The notes beneath the pieces were generated by a model. That model was not told the origin of the DNA, searched no databases, and worked only from the letters and a program-made list of their open reading frames with translations. A stretch of 64,000 nt of DNA, taken from contig CAWKEB010000002.1 of assembly GCA_963848505.1 (NCBI GenBank), positions 911,239 to 975,238 of the forward strand. Direction: 5' to 3'. This DNA is from Candidatus Krumholzibacteriia bacterium (lineage in GTDB: Bacteria; Krumholzibacteriota; Krumholzibacteriia; LZORAL124-64-63). Positions 18,578 through 28,358 of this stretch are shown here, piece after piece; the first letter of the stretch is position 1, and the number at the start of each line of letters is the position of its first letter. Made by a program: the position numbers and the translations under genes.

Positions 18578-20868
18578 TGGCCAACCATGACGGCGGGGCC
18601 CGCGGCCTCCTGCGCAACCTTTCCCTGCGGATCAAGCTGGTCCTGCTGCTGGGCACGGTCACCGTCGTGGCCCTGTCCGTCGGCTTCGGCCTGATCGTGA
18701 CCACCGACATCAGCCAGTTCAAGGCCGAGACCGCGGACGCCGCCGAGAACCTGGCCGCGGTGCTCGCCGAGTTCAGCGTCGGGCCCCTGGGCTTCGACGA
18801 CCCCGGCGGTGCCCAGGAGGTGCTGGCGCGGTTGGAGACCACCGAGGCGCTGACCGCGGCCGCGGTCTACGACGGCGAGGGGGTCCTGTTCGCCTCGTGG
18901 GCGCGCCCGGGCATCGATGCGGCCTGCCCGCAGCTGCTGGTCGACGTGGTGGAGGGCTTCGCCGCCGACCGCTACGACGCGGTGCGCACCGTCACCTACC
19001 GGGGCTCGACCTGGGGCACGGCCGTCACCCGTTTCTCCACCCAGGGACTGGAGTGGAAGATCCGGCGCTACGTCGGCCAAGTCGCCCTGATCTTCGTGGT
19101 GGTGCTCGTGCTCTGCGTCGCCCTGGCCTACCGCCTGCAGCGGATCATTTCGGGTCCGATCACGCGCCTGGCCGCGGCCGCCGACGCCGTCTCGGCCCAG
19201 GAGGATCTCGGGGTCCGGGTGCAGTCGGAGGGGCGCGACGAGATCGGCCGCCTCTGCGACGCATTTAACCTGATGCTGTCGCGCATCGAGGCGCGGCAGC
19301 GGGAACGGGACGCCGCGGCCGGCCGCCTGCGCGAGAGCGAGGCCAAGTACCGGGCCATCGTCCAGGACCAGACCGAACTGGTGTTCCGCATCGGGCGGGA
19401 CGGCCTGCTGCTTTTCGTCAATGAGGCCTACTGCCGCTACTGGGGGCTGCGCTACGAGGAGCTGATCGGCACCTCGATCTTCGGGTCCGTGGCGACGGAG
19501 GATCGCGACCAGGTGCAGCGCCACGTGGAGGAGCTCACGGCCGCGGGCTCGGTCACCAGCTTCGCCTACCGGGTCGTCGTGCCCGACGGAGGCGAACGCT
19601 GGCACGAGTGCACCTGCCGCGCCATCCCTGGCGCCGGCGGCAGCGGCGAGATCCAGGGCGTGGCCCGGGACGTGACCGACCTGCGCCGGGCCGAACAGGA
19701 GAAGCAGGAGCTGGCCCGCCAGCTCGAGCACAGCCACCGCCTCGAGACCATCGGCACCATGGCCGGCGGCATCGCCCACGACTTCAACAACATCCTGACG
19801 CCCATCATCGGCTGCATCCAGCTGGCCCGCCTGCAGCTGGACGACGCCGCCGAGGCCTCGGCGCAGCTGGACATCGCCGGGGCGTCGGCCCTGCGGGCCA
19901 AGGAGCTGATCCAGCAGATCCTGACCTTCAGCCGCCACGCCGACATCGACCGCGTGCCGACGCGCGTGCAGACCGTGGTGGCCGAAGTCCTGCAGCTCCT
20001 GGGAGGGTCACTGCCGCGGAGCATCGAGGTGCGTGCGGACCTGGACCAGGAGTGCGGTCCGGTGCTGGCCAACGGCTCGCAGCTGCATCAGCTGGTGGTC
20101 AACCTGTGCACCAACGCCGCCCAGGCCATCGGTGACGCACCCGGGGTGATCGAGCTGCGCCTCGACCGGACGGTGGTCGGCTCGGCCCCGCCCCGTGCCG
20201 ACGCCGGCCCCGCCCCCGGCGAGTATGCGCGGCTGGTCGTTCGCGACGACGGCCCGGGCATGACCGGCAAGGTGCGCGAGCGCATCTTCGAGCCGTTCTT
20301 CACCACCAAGGCACCGGGGATGGGCACCGGTCTGGGCCTGTCGGTGGTGCACGGTATCGTCGCGGCCCACGGCGGGCACATTGCGGTCGAGTCCGCGCCC
20401 GGCGCCGGCGCCACCTTCACGATCCTGCTGCCGGTGACGGCCGAGACGGAAGTGGCGGCCCCGGCGGCGGCCGCGGGTGAGGCCGGCGGCGGGGGGCGCA
20501 TCCTGGTGGTCGATGACGAGCCCAACATCGCGGGCCTGGCGGAGCGCATGCTGAAGATGCTGGGCCACGAGGTCGTGGCGGTCACTGATCCCAACGCGGC
20601 CGTCGCCGCCTGGACCGGAGCGGGAGGGGACTTCGACCTGGTCATCACCGACCAGACGATGCCGGGGATGGCCGGCACGCAGCTGGCGGCGCGGTTGGGC
20701 GAACTGACCCCCGGAGTGCGGGTCGTCATCACCTCCGGCTACAACCTGGCAGCGCCCGAGTACACCGTGCCGGCCAGCGTGAACCTGGTCGGGATCCTGC
20801 GCAAGCCGTTCACCCTGGACGAGTTGGCTGGGATCGTACGCCTGGCCCTCGAGGTGCGGAAGCCCTAG
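18574..20868 (+). CDS. hybrid sensor histidine kinase/response regulator (periplasmic sensor-HAMP-PAS-HisKA-HATPase-REC)
   Basis: 764 aa. Two TM segments flank a ~150 aa periplasmic domain. H-box HDFNNILTPI is present, with HATPase N/G boxes and a C-terminal receiver (ILVVDDE … DLVITDQTMPGM … KP). Confidence 0.85.
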   Translation: MMANHDGGARGLLRNLSLRIKLVLLLGTVTVVALSVGFGLIVTTDISQFKAETADAAENLAAVLAEFSVGPLGFDDPGGAQEVLARLETTEALTAAAVYDGEGVLFASWARPGIDAACPQLLVDVVEGFAADRYDAVRTVTYRGSTWGTAVTRFSTQGLEWKIRRYVGQVALIFVVVLVLCVALAYRLQRIISGPITRLAAAADAVSAQEDLGVRVQSEGRDEIGRLCDAFNLMLSRIEARQRERDAAAGRLRESEAKYRAIVQDQTELVFRIGRDGLLLFVNEAYCRYWGLRYEELIGTSIFGSVATEDRDQVQRHVEELTAAGSVTSFAYRVVVPDGGERWHECTCRAIPGAGGSGEIQGVARDVTDLRRAEQEKQELARQLEHSHRLETIGTMAGGIAHDFNNILTPIIGCIQLARLQLDDAAEASAQLDIAGASALRAKELIQQILTFSRHADIDRVPTRVQTVVAEVLQLLGGSLPRSIEVRADLDQECGPVLANGSQLHQLVVNLCTNAAQAIGDAPGVIELRLDRTVVGSAPPRADAGPAPGEYARLVVRDDGPGMTGKVRERIFEPFFTTKAPGMGTGLGLSVVHGIVAAHGGHIAVESAPGAGATFTILLPVTAETEVAAPAAAAGEAGGGGRILVVDDEPNIAGLAERMLKMLGHEVVAVTDPNAAVAAWTGAGGDFDLVITDQTMPGMAGTQLAARLGELTPGVRVVITSGYNLAAPEYTVPASVNLVGILRKPFTLDELAGIVRLALEVRKP

Positions 20869-20969
20869 GTCCGGGCGTAGTGTCGAAAACATCTTATCAT
20901 GTCCATGACTCCGACCCGAGCGCCGAGACCCACCGCCCCGCCAGGCGGGGCGGCCCCAGAGGAGGAGCC

Positions 20970-21401
20970 ATGCAGCGCAACGTCGGCATCTGGATCGACC
21001 ACCGCCAGGCGACCATCGTCAGCATCCGCGGACGGGAGGTCACCACCGAGATCATCGCCTCGACCGCCGAGTCCCGGACGCGCCTGACCGGAGGCAGCCC
21101 CACCACCGGCTCGGGCATCCCCGACGGCGTGCCCGAATCCCGCCGCGACGCCCGCATCGCCGCCCAGTTGGACCGCTACTACGCCGCGATCATCGCCAAC
21201 CTCGGCGACGCCGCGCGCATCCGCGTCTGCGGGCCCGGCGAGGCGCGCGTCGAACTGCAGAAGAAGATCGCGGGGGTCAAGGGGCTGGAAGGGCGGCTGG
21301 AGGCGGTCGAGCCCTGCGACAAGCTGACCAAGGCCCAGTTCATCGCGAAGGTGAAAGAGGCGTACGGTGTGCCGGCGAGGAGGATGACGGCGCGGGCCTG
21401 A
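20970..21401 (+). CDS. hypothetical protein
   Basis: 143 aa. ATG preceded by GGAGGAG. No confident family assignment. Confidence 0.45.
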   Translation: MQRNVGIWIDHRQATIVSIRGREVTTEIIASTAESRTRLTGGSPTTGSGIPDGVPESRRDARIAAQLDRYYAAIIANLGDAARIRVCGPGEARVELQKKIAGVKGLEGRLEAVEPCDKLTKAQFIAKVKEAYGVPARRMTARA

Positions 21402-21431
21402 GCGAGGAGCTTCCCTTCGACCCGACCGGGC

Positions 21432-23765
21432 TCAGGTGGCGGCCACCTGCGCGGCGATCACCGCCTGCCCCAATGCCACCGCCCCATCGCCCGCCGGCAC
21501 CTGAACCGGCCGCCACACCCGCAGCCCGGCCCCGGTCAGCGCCTGTTCGACGCCCACCAGCAGCAGCTCGTTCTGGAACACGCCCCCGCCCAGCACCACG
21601 TCCTTCAGCCCGTAGCGCCCGGCGGCCCAGGCGCCGGCGCAGCAGAGCAGGTCGATCATCGTGCGGTGGAACATGGCGCTGATCGCCGCGGCGTCCACGC
21701 CAGCCCGCCGCGCCTCGCGCACCGCACGGATGATGGGGGACACCGGCAGGCTGAGCATGCCCTCGCCCGTGCCGCCGGCCGGCGGTTCGACCTCGATCAG
21801 TTCGGCCAGCACGGCGCCGAACGGCTTGGCCCGCGCCACCGCCGCGTGGTCCGTCAGCGCCATCAGTTCGATGGCTGCCTGCGCCTCGTAGGCCGCCTCG
21901 GTCCACGGTCCGACCAGCGCCGCCACCGCGTCGAACAGCCGCCCGCACGAGCTGGTCAGCGGCGAGTTGAGGCCTTTCTGCAGCATCTCCAGCACCGGCT
22001 CGACCGGCCGATCGCCCTGGAAGGGGAATTCGTCCGGGTGCGCGCTGAAGAAGTCCGGCCCATAGGCGTGGCGCAGGTAGCTGACTGCCTGGCGCCAGGG
22101 TGCGCGGATGGCCGCATCGCCGCCCGGCAGGGGCACCGGCTCGAAGTGCCCGGCGCGGGTGAAGCCGCCGGCGTTGCCCACCAGCAACTCGCCGCCCCAG
22201 ATGGTGCCGTCCATGCCGTAGCCGGTGCCGTCCATGATCAGGCCCACCGTGGGCCCCTCCAGCCCGTGCTCCGCCTGCACCGCCGCCAGGTGGGCGTGGT
22301 GGTGCTGCACCGCCATGATCTCGCGCCCGGCGGCGGCCTGCTTCCTGGCCCAGGCGGTCGAGGCGTAGCCCGGATGCAGGTCGTGGGCGATCACCGCCGG
22401 CTCGCACTCGAGCACGTCCTGCAGGGTGGCGATGGTCTCCTCGAAGAACTCCACGGCCTCGACCGTGGACAGGTCGCCGATGTGGGGGCTGAGGAAGCCG
22501 CGCCCGTCCTTGAGCAGGCAGACGGCGTTCTTCAGCTCGGCACCCACGGCGAGCACCGGCGGGGCCTGGTCGCAACCGCGCACGAACACAGGCACCGGCG
22601 CGTAGCCGCGGCTGCGGCGCAGCAGCAGCGGGCCGCCCGGCAGCACCTGGGCCACCGAGTCGTCGGCCCGGCGCAGGATGTCCCGGTCGTGCAGCAGGAA
22701 GGCGTCGGCGATGGCGCCCAGGCGGCGCTGGGCCTCCTCGTTGCCCAGGCAGATGGGCTCGTCGCTGAGGTTGCCGCTGGTCATCACCAGGGTGTCGATG
22801 CCGTGGTGAACCAGCGCATCGAACAGCAGGTGGTGCAGCGGCGTCGGCGGCAGCATCACGCCCAGGCGGCGGTGCCCCGGCGCCACCTCCGGCGCCACCG
22901 GCGCCCCGGCCAGCCGTTCCAGCAGCACGATGGGCGCCCGCGGCGAGGCCAGCAGCGCCGCCTCCTCGTCCGACACCACCGCCAGGCGGCGCACCGCGGC
23001 CAGGTCGGCCGCCATCACCGCCAGCGGTTTGGCGGCCCGGCCCTTGCGACGGCGCAGCTCGGCCACGGCCAGGGAGGTGTCCGCGCGCACCGCCAGGTGG
23101 AACCCGCCCAGGCCCTTGACCGCCAGGATGCCGTGCCGGGCCAGGGCCTCGGCCGCCCGCTCCACGACGCCGCCCTGGGGATCGGTGGCGCCCAGCGGCC
23201 CCTCCAGCCAGGCCCGCGGCCCGCACTCGGGGCAGGCGTTGGGCTGGGCGTGGAAGCGCCGGTCGGCCGGGTCGTCGTACTCCCTGTGGCAGGCGGGGCA
23301 CATGGTGAACATGGCCATGGAGGTGAAGGGCCGGTCGTAGGGGATGCGGCCGATGATGGTCCAGCGCGGCCCGCAGTTGGTGCAGTTGGTGAAGGGGTAG
23401 CCGCGGCGGCGGTCGCGCGGGTCGCGGATCTCGCGCAGGCAGTCGGCGCAGGTGGCCACGTCGGGCGGGATCAGCGTGCGGGTGCCAGGCGTGTTCCGTG
23501 AGGCGACGATGGTGAAGCCCTCGCCGCCCAGCGGTTCGATGTCCTCGCTCCCCACGGCCACGATCTGGGCCAGGAGCGGGGCCTCCTCCCGCAGCCGCCG
23601 CACGAAGCGGTCCAGGGCCGCGGCCGGCCCCTCGATCTCGATCACCACGCCGCGGCTGGTGTTGGTCACGAACCCCACGAGCCCCTCGTCGCGGGCGAGG
23701 TTGTGCACGAAGGGGCGGAAGCCCACCCCCTGCACCACGCCGTCGACCAGCAGGCGCCGGCGCAT
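21432..23765 (-). CDS. hypF: carbamoyltransferase HypF
   Basis: Acylphosphatase domain (VQGVGFRPFV) and two Zn-finger CxxC pairs. YrdC and Kae1/YgjD-like domains follow. An alternative GTG at 23768 is possible. Confidence 0.9.
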   Translation of the reverse strand: MRRRLLVDGVVQGVGFRPFVHNLARDEGLVGFVTNTSRGVVIEIEGPAAALDRFVRRLREEAPLLAQIVAVGSEDIEPLGGEGFTIVASRNTPGTRTLIPPDVATCADCLREIRDPRDRRRGYPFTNCTNCGPRWTIIGRIPYDRPFTSMAMFTMCPACHREYDDPADRRFHAQPNACPECGPRAWLEGPLGATDPQGGVVERAAEALARHGILAVKGLGGFHLAVRADTSLAVAELRRRKGRAAKPLAVMAADLAAVRRLAVVSDEEAALLASPRAPIVLLERLAGAPVAPEVAPGHRRLGVMLPPTPLHHLLFDALVHHGIDTLVMTSGNLSDEPICLGNEEAQRRLGAIADAFLLHDRDILRRADDSVAQVLPGGPLLLRRSRGYAPVPVFVRGCDQAPPVLAVGAELKNAVCLLKDGRGFLSPHIGDLSTVEAVEFFEETIATLQDVLECEPAVIAHDLHPGYASTAWARKQAAAGREIMAVQHHHAHLAAVQAEHGLEGPTVGLIMDGTGYGMDGTIWGGELLVGNAGGFTRAGHFEPVPLPGGDAAIRAPWRQAVSYLRHAYGPDFFSAHPDEFPFQGDRPVEPVLEMLQKGLNSPLTSSCGRLFDAVAALVGPWTEAAYEAQAAIELMALTDHAAVARAKPFGAVLAELIEVEPPAGGTGEGMLSLPVSPIIRAVREARRAGVDAAAISAMFHRTMIDLLCCAGAWAAGRYGLKDVVLGGGVFQNELLLVGVEQALTGAGLRVWRPVQVPAGDGAVALGQAVIAAQVAAT

Positions 23766-24574
23766 CACCCCGCGGCGGCGCCGGGCGCGGCCAGCTGCTT
23801 GCGCAGCCAGGCGTACCAGGCGTCCAGGCCCTCGCCGGTGGTGGCCGAGACCCGCAGGAACTCCAGCTCCGGGTTCACGGTGCGGGCGGCCGCCTCGCAG
23901 CGGTCCAGGTCGAAGTCCACGTAGGGCGCCAGGTCGATCTTGTTGATCAGGCAGAGCCGCGAGGCCGCGAACATGGTGGGGTACTTCAGCGGCTTGTCGT
24001 CACCCTCGGTCACCGAGATGACCACGACCTTGGCCGCCTCGCCCAGGTCGAAGAGGGCGGGGCAGACCAGGTTGCCCACGTTCTCGATCATCAGCAGCGA
24101 GCGATCCGCCGGCGCCAGTTCAACCAGGGCGCGCTTGACCATCTCCGCGTCCAGGTGGCAGCCGTGGCCGGTGTTGACCTGGATCACCGGCGCGCCGGCC
24201 GCGGCGATGCGGTCGGCGTCGCGCAGGGTCTGCTGGTCGCCCTCGATCACGGCCATGGGCACCTCGCCGCCCAGGTCGCGGATCGTGCGCTCCAGCAACG
24301 TGGTCTTGCCCGATCCCGGCGACGAGACCAGGTTCAGGGCCAGGATGCCCTTGGCCTCGAACCAGCCCCGGTTGCGCTGGGCCAGCAGGTTGTTCTTCTG
24401 CAGCACGTCCTGCTCCACCGCCAGGGTGCGGGTGCCCGCCGCGGGGCCATGGTCGTGATCGTGCCCGTGCGCGTCGCCGTGGTGGTGGTGATGGTTGTGG
24501 GGGTGCCCCTCGTGCCCGGGCTTGCGGTAGGTGACCGCGTCGGCGGGCTGGCTGCAGCCGCAGGTTTCGCACAT
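23765..24574 (-). CDS. hypB: hydrogenase nickel-incorporation GTPase HypB
   Basis: N-terminal MCETCGC and a His-rich stretch ([18 protein letters not shown]). P-loop [11 protein letters not shown] and the CH motif GHGCHLDA are present. Confidence 0.9.
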   Translation of the reverse strand: MCETCGCSQPADAVTYRKPGHEGHPHNHHHHHGDAHGHDHDHGPAAGTRTLAVEQDVLQKNNLLAQRNRGWFEAKGILALNLVSSPGSGKTTLLERTIRDLGGEVPMAVIEGDQQTLRDADRIAAAGAPVIQVNTGHGCHLDAEMVKRALVELAPADRSLLMIENVGNLVCPALFDLGEAAKVVVISVTEGDDKPLKYPTMFAASRLCLINKIDLAPYVDFDLDRCEAAARTVNPELEFLRVSATTGEGLDAWYAWLRKQLAAPGAAAG

Positions 24575-24611
24575 GGCCGTTCTCCTTGCCGCGCCTGCCC
24601 GGCGCCGGCGC

Positions 24612-24947
24612 TCAGTCCACGTTCAGGCAGCGGACGCGCAGCTCGCGCCCCTGCAGGATGCGCAGCCCGCCCTCGCACCCGGGGCAGAGGGCCACGTGGA
24701 AGTCGACCTCGGTCTCGGTCTCGCAGCGGGGGCAGAAGCCCCGGCCGGGGATCTCGTGGATCACCAGCTCGGCCCCGGCGGCCGCACCCTCGCGGGCAGC
24801 GTCCCAGCAGAAGCGCAGGGAGTCGACCTCGACCCCGGCCAGCCGGCCCACCTCGATCTCGACGGTGTTGACGACCCGCGCCCCGGCCGCCGCCGCCTGC
24901 TCGCGGGCGATGTCGACGATGCTGCAGGCGATGGACATCTCGTGCAC
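24612..24947 (-). CDS. hypA: hydrogenase nickel-insertion protein HypA
   Basis: GTG start giving MHEMSIA…. Two CxxC pairs (CPRCETE … CPGCEG). An AGGAG RBS sits upstream of the GTG. Confidence 0.8.
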   Translation of the reverse strand: MHEMSIACSIVDIAREQAAAAGARVVNTVEIEVGRLAGVEVDSLRFCWDAAREGAAAGAELVIHEIPGRGFCPRCETETEVDFHVALCPGCEGGLRILQGRELRVRCLNVD

Positions 24948-24958
24948 GGCCGCCGCTC

Positions 24959-25453
24959 CTAGCGCAGTTCCTCGAAGACCCCCATGTCCCGGTTCTTGCG
25001 CACGTTGTCCCAGGTGAAGCAGCGCCCGTTCATGGCGATGTACACCCCGTGGGGCAGCCCCTGGGCGAAGGCCAGCGCGCTGCCCAGGTTGAACAGGCCG
25101 TCGCTCGAGCCGAAGGCATAGGGGATCATGGCCCCGGTCAGGACGATGGTCTTGCCCCGGATCTCGGCCCCCAGGAGGCGCGCCGTCTGCTCCATGGTGT
25201 CGGTGCCGTGGGTCACGACGATGCGCTCGTGGGGGCACTTGCGGCACTGGGAGAGGATCACCTGGCGGTCGTCGTCGTCCATGTCCAGGCTGTCGACCAT
25301 CATCAGGGTGCGCACCTCGACCTCGACCAGGCAGCGCCCCAGCTTCAGCATGTCGCGGATGTGGGTGTCCTTGAAGAAGAGCTGGCCGGTGCGCTCGTCG
25401 TATTCCTTGTCGAAGGTGCCGCCGGTGACGAAGACGCGGATCATTTCGCTCAT
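24959..25453 (-). CDS. asparaginase N-terminal-domain-like protein (short, 164 aa)
   Basis: VFVTGGTFDK (TGGTIA-like) and VVTHGTDTM motifs of the L-asparaginase family are present. The C-terminal domain is absent. GGAGG RBS. 12 nt upstream of hypA. Confidence 0.6.
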   Translation of the reverse strand: MSEMIRVFVTGGTFDKEYDERTGQLFFKDTHIRDMLKLGRCLVEVEVRTLMMVDSLDMDDDDRQVILSQCRKCPHERIVVTHGTDTMEQTARLLGAEIRGKTIVLTGAMIPYAFGSSDGLFNLGSALAFAQGLPHGVYIAMNGRCFTWDNVRKNRDMGVFEELR

Positions 25454-25470
25454 GCCGGGCCTCCGCCGGT

Positions 25471-26115
25471 TCAGATGATGATCAGTCGCCGGTCGCCGGC
25501 CAGGGCCGGGTGCCGGAAAAGGCGCAGGTTGATGTCGAAGCCGTCGTGGATGGCGGCGGCCCGCACCACCGCGCCGCCCTGGCATTCGCCCTCGGCCGCG
25601 GGGGCAGGTTCGCCCTCGGCGAGCAGGGCGTCGAAGGCGGCGGGGAACTCGTCGCCGCGGCGGCGCAGGCGGCTGATCAGGAAGCCCACCATGCCCACGT
25701 TGATGACCTGGCCATCCTGGTTGATCAGGATCGTCACCAGTTCGTCGGTGTCGCCGGGGAGGTCCGCCCTCAGGCGGTCGCCGATGGCCAGGCTCCGCCG
25801 CGGCTCAGCCCCCACCTGGCGCAGGATGGCGCCGTAGGGCTTGCCCACGGGGCCGAACAGGTCGCCGTAGATCGCTTCGAAATGGCGCAGCAGTTCGTGG
25901 TCGCGCAGCAGGCCGCGCGCCCCGACGGTGGTGTCGCCGGTGGTGACGAACATGCGGAAATCCCTGCCCAGTTCCGGCAGGAATTCGGCGCATCCGGGCA
26001 GGGCGCCGGGGCGCCCGGTGACCGGGTCGTAGGGGATGAGCGTCCCGGCCATGTCCCACAGCAGCGCGGAATGGCCGTTCGGGCCGGTTCGGGTCGGATC
26101 TGGGGCTTCTGGCAT
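25471..26115 (-). CDS. HAD-superfamily hydrolase-like protein
   Basis: 214 aa. Motif I-like LLWDMAGTL, a GKP motif and a motif IV-like IGDRLRAD. First gene of the apparent HAD-asnase-hypA-hypB-hypF transcription unit. Confidence 0.55.
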   Translation of the reverse strand: MPEAPDPTRTGPNGHSALLWDMAGTLIPYDPVTGRPGALPGCAEFLPELGRDFRMFVTTGDTTVGARGLLRDHELLRHFEAIYGDLFGPVGKPYGAILRQVGAEPRRSLAIGDRLRADLPGDTDELVTILINQDGQVINVGMVGFLISRLRRRGDEFPAAFDALLAEGEPAPAAEGECQGGAVVRAAAIHDGFDINLRLFRHPALAGDRRLIII

Positions 26116-26284
26116 GCCTTTGGCTTTCCGGTTGCGCAGGCACCTGATTTGCTGTTGTTATTTGGCTAGCGGGGGCACGAGTCCCGTCCATAGCGAACAG
26201 CCGACCGGGGGGTGCGGCCGTTCCGGATCCGGGAACAAAGATACGCGATTGCTCCCGATCTACAAACTGCAGGAGGGATTTCCC

Positions 26285-27220
26285 ATGAATAGATTGATCA
26301 CAACCGCGCTGGCGGTTGCGGCGCTGTCGTCGTGGGCGGGGGGCGGGGCGATCGCCGGCAACGAGCTGGCGGACGAGCTGACACAGGTGGGGAAGGACTA
26401 CGCCGTCGGTTACTCGTCACCGTTGGTCCAGGGCTTCGGGCCCAACCAGAATGCCGGTCTCTTCCACACGGCGCACATTCCGCAGACCGGCCTGGTCTGG
26501 GGTGTCGGCATCAAGGCCATGGGCACCTACCTGGCCGCCGAGGACCAGTCCTTCCAGACCGTCCGCACCAACGTCGACCTCGGGGCCTACGATCCGGCCT
26601 ACGCCGGCACCACCGGCAACGTGGTCATGGGCGGTCCCACCCTCTTCGGCGACACCGAGACCGAGGGAGCGATCGTCGGCTACGTCAACGGCGTCGAGGT
26701 CTTCCGCCAGTCCACCATCGCCGGCCTGATCGACACCCGCTGGGTGCCGATGGCCACGCCCGAGGCCTACATCGGCGGCTTTCACGGCCTGAAGGCCGTC
26801 GTGCGCTACATGCCGGAGGTCGGCACCGAGGTGGGCAGCGTCAAGTACTGGGGTATGGGCGGCCAGTGGAGCCTCAACGGCCTGGCGCCCACCCTGCCGG
26901 TGGACGTGATGATCGGTTACATGGGCCAGAAGTTCGAGGTGGTGGGTCTGATCGAGGCCTCGGCCACGTCAATGCACCTGGCGATCAGCAAGAGCCTGCC
27001 GGCGATGACCATCTACGGCGGCTTCGCCAAGGAGAGCTCCTCCATGGACGTCGCCTACGTCTACGAGGCGACCGGTGACGAGGTCTCGTTCTCGGTGGAC
27101 GGGCGGCAGGAGACCCGGTTCACCCTGGGCGTGACCCTCGACATCGTCGCGAAACTCAACGTGGAAATGGGTCATGGCGACCTGACCACCTACTCGGCCG
27201 GTCTGATGTTCGGGATGTGA
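26285..27220 (+). CDS. hypothetical outer-membrane/secreted protein
   Basis: AGGAGG RBS. Signal peptide MNRLITTALAVAALSSWAGGGAIAG. Beta-rich, C-terminus ...GLMFGM. Confidence 0.5.
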   Translation: MNRLITTALAVAALSSWAGGGAIAGNELADELTQVGKDYAVGYSSPLVQGFGPNQNAGLFHTAHIPQTGLVWGVGIKAMGTYLAAEDQSFQTVRTNVDLGAYDPAYAGTTGNVVMGGPTLFGDTETEGAIVGYVNGVEVFRQSTIAGLIDTRWVPMATPEAYIGGFHGLKAVVRYMPEVGTEVGSVKYWGMGGQWSLNGLAPTLPVDVMIGYMGQKFEVVGLIEASATSMHLAISKSLPAMTIYGGFAKESSSMDVAYVYEATGDEVSFSVDGRQETRFTLGVTLDIVAKLNVEMGHGDLTTYSAGLMFGM

Positions 27221-27258
27221 TCCCGGCGCGCGGATCGTCCACAAGAAAGGAAGCCCAC

Positions 27259-27930
27259 ATGAAGATGCTCACCAAGACCTTGCTGCCGGTGCTGGCCCTG
27301 CTGGCCCTGCTGGCCGGCTGCAGCAGCGACCCCGTCGCGCCCCAGGACACCCTGCCGCCGCCGACGGCCGAGGACGCGGCCTTCCAGGCCGGCATGGTCG
27401 CCTATGCCGTCACCGCCATCGGGCCGGAGATCATGCAGGCCGCCAACCCGGCCAAGGAAGTGCGGGACATCGTCTTCGACGGCGAACGCAACCTGACCGG
27501 CGCCGTGCACATGGACTACCGGACGGGCCCGGACGGCGTCCCGGCCGCCGCCGGCGTGGCCACCTGGGTCCACCTGTTCACCGCCTCCGGCGAGCCGGTG
27601 GTCTACACCGTGCCCGACCTGGGCGGCCAGACCGGGTTCGACCTGGACGTGATGGCCAGCCTCGACCGCGAACTCGACCAGGCGACGATCCTCGAGGGCA
27701 GCGGCGGCACCATGACCTCCGGCGACACCGTGGTCGACTTCACCATGCTGGGCATCGTCGTCGGCAGCGGCGGCTATCCGCAGGCGGGTGGCATGACCGT
27801 CACCAGCGGCGAGCACAGCGCCGAGGTCATGTTCAACGGCAGCAACGTCGTGACCATGACCGTCGACAGCAGCGCGACCTACTTCATCGATCTGGACACC
27901 GGCGAGGTGACCACGGGCGTGCCGATCTAG
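27259..27930 (+). CDS. lipoprotein, hypothetical
   Basis: Lipobox LLAGC. 39 nt downstream of the preceding gene. Confidence 0.55.
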   Translation: MKMLTKTLLPVLALLALLAGCSSDPVAPQDTLPPPTAEDAAFQAGMVAYAVTAIGPEIMQAANPAKEVRDIVFDGERNLTGAVHMDYRTGPDGVPAAAGVATWVHLFTASGEPVVYTVPDLGGQTGFDLDVMASLDRELDQATILEGSGGTMTSGDTVVDFTMLGIVVGSGGYPQAGGMTVTSGEHSAEVMFNGSNVVTMTVDSSATYFIDLDTGEVTTGVPI

Positions 27931-27963
27931 CGGTCCGCATTCCCGGCAGGGGACACAAACAAG

Positions 27964-27995
27964 GCGGAGCCCCTTGCGGGGCTCCGCCTTTCTCC
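27964..27995 (+). terminator. rho-independent terminator
   Basis: GGCGGAGCCCC-TTGC-GGGGCTCCGCC perfect stem followed by TTTCTCC. Confidence 0.6.
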
Positions 27996-28275
27996 GCTGA
28001 TACCGGACGCCGTAACCCGGTGCGCGACGTTTGCCCGACCGGACCCGGTCCGCAGACCGCGAGTCACTGTCCAGCCCGGCAGCCGTGCCCGACACGAATT
28101 TGCGCTGCCCATGTCTACAGGCCAGGTCGCCGTGTCCGGGACTTCGTCGTCCGGTGGGACTCCGCTGCCGCTCTCTCACGATCCTTGTGCCACGCCCGGC
28201 GTCGGCCGGGCGGAGCGGTTCCCACGGCCGAAGCATGGCGGCACCTGCGGCGCGGGGCAAGCACAATCTCGGCGT

Positions 28276-28304
28276 TTGGAATCGCCGCGGTTTGCGGCTA
28301 GAAT
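28276..28304 (+). promoter_or_regulatory. sigma70-like promoter plus structured leader
   Basis: TTGGAA - 17 nt - TAGAAT. The downstream leader can form the hairpin GCGCCGCCC/GGGCGGCGC (28307-28337) before the AAGGA RBS. Confidence 0.35.
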
Positions 28305-28358
28305 GACGGGCGCCGCCCAAGCCCGGGCGGCGCCGCGCATCAGCCGAAGGACGAAGCG

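Noticed and set aside
21340-23501. ORFs 21340..23301 (minus) and 21666..23501 (plus) overlapping hypF
   Set aside because: HypF domains (acylphosphatase, Zn fingers, YrdC, Kae1-like) are continuous in the 21432..23765 frame. The others are Arg/Gly/Pro-rich.
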